From assembly GCA_001655205.1 (NCBI GenBank), contig LPNZ01005834.1:1-61552 (forward strand): a stretch of DNA of 61,552 nt, in the 5' to 3' direction. Positions within the stretch are counted from its first letter, which is position 1; every line of letters begins with the position of its first letter. Positions 51,344 through 61,552 of the stretch are shown piece after piece. Position numbers and translations under genes: made by a program. The DNA is from Lenisia limosa. Its lineage: Eukaryota > Protista > Breviatea. The notes below the pieces were generated by a model, which saw only the letters and a list, made by a program, of their open reading frames with translations, made no database searches and was not told where the DNA came from.

Positions 51344-54300
51344 ATGTCACTCCCAGGCAAGGCTGTGCCTTACTTGGAGTACCCAGCACTTGAAGAGAAA
51401 GATGACATGGCCGTTCTTGCGGTTAGTGTGGATTGCTGGCAATATCAGTTCGTTATTTTTTATTTTTGTTTCATTAATAGTGCTTTTTATTGCCGCATTC
51501 TATTGTTTGTTCTGTCGGTATTTTCCCTCAATTTGTTTGCATTTCTACGGTCTAGATTTGTTTATTTTGTGTTAATATGGCTTCTAGGCTTCGAAGCAGG
51601 TCTGGGTTCGCGCCGAGAAAGACTCTGATTGGGTTCAAGCCGATATTACCAAGGAAACAGATACAAAGGTCACCGTTACCATGGCTAATGGAGAGGTAAG
51701 AAACGATATTCGGCTATCAACCGTTGAGGTCAACTTATTTGAGTCCCCCAGTTATCTTTTTTTATAATTGTTGCTCCTTCTTCCTTATCCCTTTACTTAG
51801 GAACGTGAATTTTCTGTGAAGGAAACGGAGGAATGCAATCCTGAGCGTTTTGACGGAAAAGCGGATCTTTCAGAGCTCTCACATTTGAACAGTCCAGCTG
51901 TCCTCCACAACCTTTACCAGCGCTACCAAAGAAAGATCATTTATGTGAGCGTACAAAAGGAGGGTTGAATAGATGTACTTAATGGGGGTATCGTCTAAGT
52001 CTAAGACTCTGATTTGGTATTCAGGTATTTGTCCGTCTTCTTTGCTTATGATCTTTAGACCTACTCTGGACTTTTCCTGGTCACAGTGAACCCCTATGAG
52101 TGGCTTCCTATTTATACAAACGAGGTATGCAGTATAGACATTAGATCCTTATACAGCATTACTACACCGATTCAACTGAACTCATGTGTTGACGGGGATG
52201 TCGGGATTTTTCTCATGCCTCGCACTTGTGGTGTATGTACATAGCAGGAATGGACATTGAGAGAACATTCATTGCTGCTCTCTTGACCCTTTAGATTGCG
52301 CATTTCTATAGAGGCCGTCCACGCTCTGAGGCCCCACCCCATGTCTTCGCCGTGTCTGACAAAGCTTTCCAGAACATGCAAAGTGGTGAGCTCCCTCCCC
52401 CCTGCAAACTTCTTTTCACCCTGCTTATCCCATCCAGGCCACTGTAATCAGTCCATTCTCATCACGGGAGAGTCAGGAGCAGGAAAGACCGAAAACACGA
52501 AGAAAGTCATTCAATACCTTGCCACAGTGGCCTCGAGAGGAACCGAAGGCAACAAGGCGAAACTCGAGGAACAGGTAAGCCCAATTCCCTGTTTATGCCT
52601 CATTCGATTAGATCCTGAGATCAAACCCCCTTCTTGAAGCCTTTGGTAACGCCAAGACCCTGAAGAACAACAACTCTTCTCGATTTGTAAGCAAAGCCTC
52701 TATGCTCAGCCTTTTGCACCCTTCTAATCCTCTAGGGAAAGTTTATTGAGATCCAATTTGACGCCATGGGACTTATTGCTGGGTCTTCGATTCGATCCTG
52801 TAAGGGGCGTTACTGATGGCATCAACAGTCGTCGTGTCTTACCAATTAGATCTTCTTGAAAAGTCACGTATCACCACCCCCGGGTTCAACGAGCGCTCAT
52901 ACCACATCTTCTACCAGGTTCTTGCTGGCGCGTCCCCGGCCTTCAGAGGTTGGCACCCCCCTCCCCCTTCCTTGCTCACTCTGCAGAGAAGTTCCATCTT
53001 CTTGCCCCTGACGAGTACAAACTGTTGTCGCAGTCTGAGTGCTTCCACGTCCCCAGCATCAATGACGAGGCTGAGTACCAGGATACCTTGGTGGGTATTT
53101 ATAATGGGTCTTCTACTGTTCCAATCCAACTACTGCATAGTATAGACAGCTGACTCTGCAGAAAGCAATGGGCCTGATGGGCATAACGGAGGAGGAGCAG
53201 GAGGCGGTCATGCAGACAGTGTCATCCATCCTCCATCTGAGCAACATCACTTTCACTGATAACCGCAATGATGAAAGCTCCATCGACAGAGGAGACAGTA
53301 TGCTGGATCTTTCTTTGCATTCTATTTCAATTACTCACACAACCAGGCGCAAAGATTTCTGCCGAACTCCTTGGATGTTCTGAGAAGGACCTGACCTCGG
53401 CCCTTTGTACCCCTAAGGTGACGTCAGTGCAATGAAAACACCACCCAGTATCACGACGCAGCAATGACCTTTTAGATCAAGGCCGGACTGCAGTTTATCG
53501 CCACCGCCGTGTCTGCTGAAAAGGCTGCGTCCGGACGTGACGCTCTCTGCAAGGTCTGTCCTCAACACTCATTCCGTTGTGTTGCTGCTCTGATTCTTTA
53601 GGCCCTTTACAGCCGTCTTTTCGAGTGGCTTGTCTCTAAGATCAACAAGGTTGGTGCCGCATCATGTACCCTCCTTAAGCTGCAAATGGAACTCACCCTC
53701 ATCCCCAGGTTCTTGCCTCTAAATTCAGTGTTGCCAACTTCATTGGTGTGCTCGATATTGCTGGTTTCGAAATCTTTGAGGTTTGCCGCGGATGTGCGGG
53801 TGTGGGTGGTGACCTTTTCTGTAAAATATTGACACTTCTTCGAGGGATTTTTAAGAAATTCATTCTATTTCGGAGAAGTGAAGCTCTAGTCCCCCCTTTT
53901 TGATTGATTCTTTAAGTCCATAGCTTGTCAGAAGATAACCGTTTCAGAACAACTCTTTCGAGCAGCTCTGCATCAACTACACCAACGAGCGTCTCCAACA
54001 GTTCTTCAACGACCACATGTTCAAGCTCGAACAGGTGCGCTGGGCCGTTCACGTTAATACTGCAAAGAAAATTTTTTAAACTGACTGAGCAGGAGGAGTA
54101 TGCGAAGGAGAAGATCCAATGGACCTACGTCAACTTCGGGCTCGACCTTCAAGAAACCATTGATCTCATTGAGAAGGTTCGGGGCTAATCATTCGCCTCG
54201 CTGAAATGACCTGTCTCACGTCGTAGAAACCAAGTGGCGTGCTTGTGATTCTCGAGGAGGAATGCATCTTCCCGAACAGCAGCGACGAAACCTTCAGCAG

Positions 54301-57300
54301 CAAGATGACCAAGGCTCACGAGAGCAACCCGAACTTTACCATCCCCCGCTACACCAAGACTGCTTTCTCCCTCAAGGTAAGTAAAAATCACAATTTGAAG
54401 ATAACACCCTTTTACCCCGATTGCACTAACTCTTCAGCATTACGCCGGAGTTGTGACCTACGACTGCACAGATTGGCTCCAAAAGAACAGAGATCCCCTC
54501 AATGTACGCCTTTCTTCCTGAACCGTCGGTATTGACCCCCCCCCCCCAGGCTGACATGGGCAAGCTGATGAAATCCTCCAAGATCCCGCTGATCTCCAAG
54601 CTCTTTGAGAACACCGATGAGGCAGGAGGAAGTGGTAGGCCTTGTCACCATGTTATGGTAACCCTCAGACTCCCCCCGTCGCCAGTCGGCTGTCACCCCC
54701 CGCGGCTCCGCAGGCGGCCGCAGAGGAACAACCAGTTTGGGGAGGCAAATAAACAATTGCTTGGCTTCCAATATACACTTCCATTTTTGGATGGACGTTT
54801 GGGGTGGCCTGATCCAAGGACTCACAGTTTCAGCCGTCGGCAAGAAGGGTAGCAACTTCCAGTTCATCTCCACCAAACATCGCAACCAGCTCAACGAGCT
54901 CATGGACACTCTGCTGGCTACTGAACCTCATTTCATCCGTTGCATTGTCCCTAACCGCAAGCAAGCTCGCAGCATACTCGAGCAGGAGCTGGTCGAGGAA
55001 CAGGTGGGAGCATTCTGATTCGCACTTTGCCGGTTGCTGACCCTCCAGCTTCGCTGCAACGGTGTGTTGGAAGGCATCCGTATCAGCCGAAAGGGCTACC
55101 CCAACAGGATCCCGTACGACCACTTTGTTGACGTCTACTCGGTCCTCGCCGGCAAGATCGACATCCGCGACTTCAAAAAGGCCACGTGGGTGCATATTTC
55201 TGGGCCTCTTTCCTTTCTGACGCATGTTGTTGTTGTTTTTTGACTTTTGCAGCAAGGCCATTCTTGACAACATCGGTTACACCGCAGAACACTATCAGAG
55301 TGGGTGTGGATGCAGCCAAATAATCGTCTGTGATGATCAAACTTCGGACATTTGCGTCGGATTTGATAAGAAATGGAATTAGTCTTTTGACATACAGTCC
55401 ATTCGGATAGCTGACTGTTCAGTGGGTCTGACCAAGGTGTTCTTCCGCACTGGCCAGCTTGCACGCGTGGAGGACATGAGAAGGGAGTACATCGGAAGCC
55501 TCATCACCAAGGTCCAAGCCAGGGTGCGTGATGCCATTGTCGTTCTCCAATACTCCTGAGTGCTGGACATTCCTTACTGGACTAGGTCCGCGGTATGATT
55601 GCGCGCGAGAAGTTCAAGGTGCTCAAGGCCCAGATCAAGGCTGTCAAGGTGCTGCAGAAGTTCGCCAGATGGTGGCTCAGGTAAGACCCGTGCTCAGTGG
55701 TCCCTCTGACCTCCCAGCCGCCGCCAGGATAAGTGGTGGAAACTGTGGCTCAAAACCAAGCCCATGCTGGGATACTACAGAGAACAGTCCAAGGTTGGCG
55801 TTAGTGCGATGTACAGTGTAGAGATGACGGGTTAACGGTGTAGGTCAAGGTCCAAGAAGAGGAGCTCAAGAAGACCGAGGTTGAAATGGCTGCAGCCAAG
55901 AAGGACATCACTTCTGTAGGTCACGTGCCAGTTATCGCTTTCTACTTTTCTGGCTTTCTTGACACTGACTGTTTCAGTTGATTGAGGAGCGTGACTCTCT
56001 GCTCGCTTCAAATGAGGTTAGCAATACGCACAACTCCCTTTATTTATCCCTCTCTCCAGGTCCGTAAGCGCCAGCTTGATGAGGTTCTTCCCGAGCTTCA
56101 CGACGAGAAGGCGAGGAGGGCCGAGCTGGAGGTCCATCTCGAGTCGTCCACGACCAAGGCCAACAACCTCAGGACTAGCCTTGACAAGACACAGGTGAGC
56201 TGCGGGCTCAACTTTGCTTACAATGACGCGGTGCTGATTATTGCAGGCGGACCTTTCGAAGGAGCAGCAAAAGGCGGCAGAGCTGTCCAAGGCGAAGGAG
56301 AACCTCGAGAGAGACATGGCCGACCTGGAGGAGTCGCTGACCACTGAGCAGGCTGAGGTGGTGCGACTCAAGGCCGAGAGGTGAGCCGTTCCTCAACAAG
56401 CATGCATTCTGACGTTGTAGCGGCGACCAAGGAGACCTACTTGCCGACCTCCGCCGCCAGCTTGCCGACGAGCAGGCTGCCCACTCCAAGACCACCAAGC
56501 GTGCCGACGGTGCCGAGGCCGAACGCGACGACGCTCTCGAAATGGTCCGTCCCGGGGCTGAATCAAATACTCCTGGAATAAGTGACTTTTTGTTTTATTT
56601 TAATTTCCTAATTCACACCTTTTCAGATTGCGCAGCTACAAAAGGACCTGAAGAAGCAGGAGACCGAGTCAAAGAACCAGGCTGACAAGGCTGACACCTT
56701 CGAGTCTGAGATCGCTCACATCAAAAAGTGGGATATTTAAACACATGGGTATCCCGAATTGAGTCGGCACACAAAACGTGTTCTTTCCTGGAATGACAAT
56801 ACAGGAAACTTGACGCAGTTGAGAAGCAGAAGAAGGCAGCCGACACTTCCGGCCAGCAGGTTGAGCAGGAGAAGGAGAAGGCTCAGCGCGAGGTCGAGCA
56901 GACTAAGGCCAAGGTTGGTGCAGCAATGCCGTGTTGTCTCACTGTCAGGTTGTTGCGCTGGAGAGCGAGCTTGAAGACGCTAAGGACACAGCAGCGTCAC
57001 AGGCCTCTGCCGCCAAGAAGAAGCACCAGAGGGAGGTCCAGGAGATGGAGGACAAGCTGCAGGAAATGGAAGATGACAACGCCCGCATGCTTGCCAAGAC
57101 CAAGGTCGATGCGGGATCTGTGAAGACTTAGTGCCACAACCGACTCACTGACGTATTAGGCCCTAGCCGACGGGGAGACAGAGGCCATGCAGGCCCAGAT
57201 CGACGAGCTGGAAGAGGCCAAGTCCGCCGCCGAGACCGAAGCCATCAGTCTCAGACAACAGGTCACTGGGGCTGCTTTCTGCTTGTTCGTCTGTTCCGGT

Positions 57301-60300
57301 TATGATCTCTTCTTTCCCTTAACACCGCAGTTGGAGGCAGCACAAGGAGACGCTGAAGCCGCCAAGGCCGCCGCAGCCTCCGCTTCAAAGCACTCGTCGT
57401 CATCGAAGAAGGATATGGAGGATGCCCTCTCCGACGTGGGCGGCTCTCTGTTGCTCATACTACCCGTTTCTATTCTCATTTTGCTACTTATCTTGTTGCA
57501 CTCACGCCTTAGGCTGAAGTGGCCAAGACTACCGCCGCCGCCGCAGAAAAGGCCAAGACTAAGGCTCTTCGTGAGGCTCATGAGGCTAACGAGGTTTGCT
57601 GCCCCTTTCTGGCCTCGTGACTAACTCCCCGCAGAAGATGGAAGCCGAAGCTGCTGGCCGCGCCTCTGCCGACAAAGCAAGACGCAAGGCTGATGGTAAG
57701 ACTTGAATCGCACCTTCCTTCTGACATTTCAGCCGAAGCCAAGGAGGCCCAATCCCAAGCCGCACGTGCCGAGAAGGAGGCCAAGAGTCTCAAGGTACGT
57801 GTCTGATGCCCTCAAGTCCAGGAATTCATTATCTAGGCTGACAAGGAAAGCTTACAGAAGGCCCTTGACAAGACCCAAAAGTCCCTTACTGAGTCTCAAG
57901 ATGTACGAAGGAGGAGGGATTGTTAGTATCATTGGTCATAGTTAGGGACAGTTTATCACTGCCTAGACTGTCAGTAAGAGAGACAAGCAGGTCAAGCGTC
58001 TCGAGGCTGAGCTTGACGACGCCAAGGACCAGGGCGACATCCTTGACCAGGCTGGTAACGAAGCCCAACGTCAGAGGAGGCAGCTGGAGGCCGACCTTGC
58101 TGAGACTCGTGACCAGCTCGAGGATGCCGAGGTACAGGGCTCTGCCATGCATTTACCCCTGCTCTTTCTTTGTTATTGTGCTGACGTCTAAGGAAGCCCG
58201 CACTGCAGCCGAAAACGAAGCCAAAAAGGACAAGGCCGAGGCCAACGTGGGGGGGGGGGGCTTAGCGTACACATGTACCCNNNNNNNNNNNNNNNNNNNN
58301 NNNNNNNNNNNNNNNNNNNNNNNNNNNNNNNNNNNNNNNNNNNNNNNNNNNNNNGCCGAACAAGCCGAGGCCCGGGCCGACACTTCGGAACAGAGCGCTT
58401 CCGACGCCACTGCACGCGCCGTCGAGGCGGAAGAGCAGGTCAGATGTTTATTCCTTTCGTATTACTTTTTGTAAACTTGGAAATCTACTCTTGCTATTTT
58501 TTGGCATCCTCGTACGTAGTATTTCACCTTTTGCCATCCTCGTACGTAGTATTTCAGCCTTCTCACCCCGCCAGGCAGCCACAGCAACAGCTCAAGCTGA
58601 TAAGGCGACCAAGGAGCTCAAGAAGGCTGTTCAGGTACGCTCCGTCTGAGTGTACAAAAGAGCCCATCACCCCCATATATATACATGTATATATCATATG
58701 ATATCCATGTATATTGTTGCTCCTTGACCCGGTAGGCCATGCACGCAGCTGAGAACGAGCTCGAGACGGCTGTAGCCAAGGGCAAGGCTGAGGGCGACAA
58801 GGCCAGACGCAAGGTCGAACAGGACCTCCAGACCGCCAACTCCAAGGTGAGGCTCTGGCCGCCGGCTCGTTTTACATTGTCTATTTTCGCTTTTTCGTTT
58901 TTCGGAGGTTGTTGTTGAATATCGGTTTTTTTTTTATTTATTTTTTACAATCGTTTTTCGTTTTTCGCCGCTTCTAACCCCGTAGCTCGCCGACCTTGAA
59001 AGTGCAGTGTCACAAGCCGAGGGCAAACTCAGGGCCAAGGTAAGCCCTTCCGTTGCAATGCCCCTTACCCTCAGGATACCGCGCATGCTGACCTTGAGGA
59101 GCAGCTCCAGGACATGACCGCCAAGAAAAACAACGTTTGTGGCATCTTCGGCTTATCTTATAAGACTTAATTCCTTCTCAAAGAGCATGAATGAGACTGT
59201 CAACCGTAACCCCCCCCCCCAGCTCGAGAAGTCGCTACGCACCGGGTCGGCCGACATTGACGGACTTCGCGATGAACTCGAGGACGCGGAGGACCAGCTC
59301 AGGAAGGCCAATAACGTGGGGGGGGGGGTGCTGTGAGAATTTTGAAGTGAATTCGGAAAATTGGTCGTCATCCGGATGTGTTTTTTATAACCTCAGGTTT
59401 TCATAATTTTTATTCATGACTGTCTGACCCTACAGGCGAAGAACAGTCTCCAGGCCCAGCTTGATGAGGCTGAGGAGTCGCGTGACGAGGCCGAGACCCG
59501 AGCTCAGGACTCGGATGAGAAGCTCAGAACTGCCAATGTTGGGGGGTGCCCACTCCATGTCACGCCCATCTTGATCACACTGATCACTGATCGTTTCAGG
59601 CCACCATAGCTCGTCTGCAGCAAGAGAAGGACGCCGCCGCCGCAGGTTCGTCATTCGCATATTTAGGCTCTTCGGTTATAAGCAAAGGGACTTGATTTAT
59701 CGATGTTTATCTGCCTTTTCCACCCCCTGTTAACCCAGCAGCTGCAGCCTCCGCCGCCGGGGACCGTAAGGCCAAGGCTATTGCAGAGGAGATGGCAGCC
59801 GAGCTCGAGGCCACCAAGGCCAACCACGCGCAACAACTCGACGTGAGCGCAAAGCCTTTTGTCCGTGCCGCACCCACGTGACACTCACCGTTTTAGTCGC
59901 TGCGCAAGCGTTTTGAAGGAGAGCTTGACACCGTCCGGGCCGACCTGGACACTGCCAGCCGCGCCAAGGTGGGGGGGGGGACTGGTTTATCGCAATTCAA
60001 CTTGGATGTTACGAGGGTTATGGAGAAGGGAGACAGAGTAGAGAGATAAGACTGCGTGGGCAGTAGTGCCGTTTGGCTGACGTTCCAGACACAAAGCGAC
60101 AAGGCCCTTCGGAAGGAGCGCTCCAAGACCAGTGACGCCCAAACCAAGCTTTCCGAAGTCGAGGTTGGTTGGAATCTGTCATTACCCCGATTTCGAGATG
60201 TGCACATTTGCTTTCCTTCATTTAGCAGCTATTTGTGAGATTATCTCGGGCTTAGATTGTTTTGTTAGTATCAACCCTCGTGTATTGGCTGTCAACTAAG

Positions 60301-61552
60301 TTGATTTGGGCTTTTTTTTGTTTCATTAATTTTCCAATTTTACCCGATTATTCGGTTCGTGATTTGTACCTTTACGCCAATATGCTTCATCGAAATTTCC
60401 TTCGTTTCACNNNNNNNNNNNNNNNNNNNNNNNNNNNNNNNNNNNNNNNNNNNNNNNNNNNNNNNNNNNNNNNNNNNNNNNNNNNNNNNNNNNNNNNNNN
60501 NNNNNNNNNNNNNNNNNNNNTGGAGGAGGAGGTTGAAGAGGCCAACGCCAAGGCTACCAAGGCCCTGGCAAAGGTATGAAGGCCCTCTTTGCCGCAGTCT
60601 TTACCGCCTAGGTCCGTCAGCTCGAGGCCCAGATTGCCGAGCTTGAGGAGGAGAATGAAATGGCTGCCGGTAGAGCCGCACAGAACACGTCACAGATTGC
60701 CGACATGGATGCCGAGATCCAGGACCTGCAGGAGTCCCTCGCCGCTGCTGAGGCCAACATGGTTGGCCATGGTCTTTTGCCGTAAAGCTTCTCTGCAGAA
60801 CTAGGATCATAAACGTCCTGGTGATTTACAATGCTGTCCTCTTAACGCCGCAGGACAACGCACACGCCATTCGCGAGGCTGAGATGGCACGTGACCAGCA
60901 GAAGGCGCGTGCAGATGAGGCCGAAAGGAAGCTCTACGACAGCGAGAAGAAGGTAGGCCCTCTTCCGTCATTCAACTGACGCTGTAGTCGCAAGCTCGCA
61001 TCCAGGCCCTCGAGTCTGAAATGGAGGAGGGCGCCATTGAGAAGGACCGTGTTTCCGCCCGGTGAGCATCCATGAGTTTAGAGATCGTTTTGTTTTGTTG
61101 TGTCTCGCTTCTGACCTCACAGCACAATCGATAAACTCAAGGCTGAGAAGAACGCCCTGGCTAAGGACGCCACAACCCACAAGCAGACCGTAAGCTGGAT
61201 CCTTCTCGTATCCTCGCATTCTTCTCGCCCCTTTTCTCACCATCCAGGCTGACCGAGCCACCAAGGACAAGCGTCGTCTCATGAAAGAGATCCAGGAGCT
61301 CAAGGTGGGTTCCCTGGGTTTTTTCACCGCTGCTTTCTCCCCTAACCTCTCCAGCTTGAGGTTGATAACCAGACATCCAAGGTTCAGGAGGCGCAAGAGA
61401 GCGCTGACGTTAACAAGACCGAGCTGCGCAACGTGAGAGACGATCTTGAGGATCTACAAGCCATGTCGAAGAAGGACAAGGACAAGATCACCAGTCTCGA
61501 GGCCCGGCTTGCCGACAGCGAAGATGGCGCCGCCGCAGAGGAGGAAATCATG
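51344..61552 (+). CDS. Myosin II heavy chain (SH3-like N-terminus, motor, IQ neck, long coiled-coil rod; continues beyond window)
   Basis: [37 protein letters not shown]|[61 protein letters not shown]-rich heptad rod from about 55850. Confidence 0.95.
53820..53888. mobile_element. Degenerate, oppositely oriented copy of the 90-bp MITE in a long myosin intron
   Basis: AGAAATTCATTCTATTTCGGAGAAGTGAAGCTCTA versus reverse complement of the GCAT element AGAAATTCAGTCTATTTTTGAACAGAAGTGAAGCCCTA. GTAAAAT and TCGAGG are also shared. Confidence 0.5.
58499..58558. repeat. 30-bp tandem duplication in a myosin intron
   Basis: TTTTG(G/C)CATCCTCGTACGTAGTATTTCA(CC/GC) x2. Confidence 0.85.

Noticed and set aside
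55328-55416. Possible C/D snoRNA in a myosin intron (GTGATGA ... CTGA)
   Set aside because: The CTGA is part of the CTGAC branch site 8 nt from the AG, there is no terminal stem, and I recognise no rRNA guide.
58247-59980. Idea that intron ends pair through 5' G-runs and 3' C-runs
   Set aside because: The G-run introns checked (59316, 59969) have no C-run, and the C-run introns (54550 and 59222 acceptors) have no G-run.

Overview
This is a compact, intron-rich eukaryotic window. Introns are GT-AG, mostly about 30-130 nt, with CT(G/A/C)AC-type branch sites close to the AG. The standard code is used and the draft assembly has many N gaps. Gene content (myosin II, a 12-TM guanylyl cyclase, Rab24, an IFT-A-associated protein) suggests a flagellated amorphean protist; the taxon is an inference. 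Genes, left to right: a giant Cys-rich EGF/GCC2-GCC3 membrane receptor (copy A, minus, runs off the left edge); mitochondrial GCAT; a probably catalytically dead kinesin with a coiled-coil tail; a bacterial-like MCFS...SVWC membrane protein; ATE1; the 5' part of a second receptor paralog (copy B); Rab24; calcipressin (RCAN); an orphan; IFTAP-like; RPL10; PRMT1; a PDE9-like phosphodiesterase head-to-head with a 12-TM cyclase whose C1/C2 roles are inverted; a doubtful small gene; and myosin II heavy chain (runs off the right edge). Two hAT-type MITEs with perfect 8-bp TSDs were found by eye, plus two relics of the 90-bp one in other introns. Most interesting: (1) two receptor paralogs with a strongly diverged N-terminal tip on a nearly identical stalk; (2) a cGMP synthesis/degradation gene pair beside myosin II; (3) a pseudokinesin; (4) sense-strand G-runs after donors and C-runs before acceptors; (5) intronic micro-MITEs. 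Exon structures were assembled manually, so gene ends are approximate where stated. Family names come from remembered motifs, not database searches.
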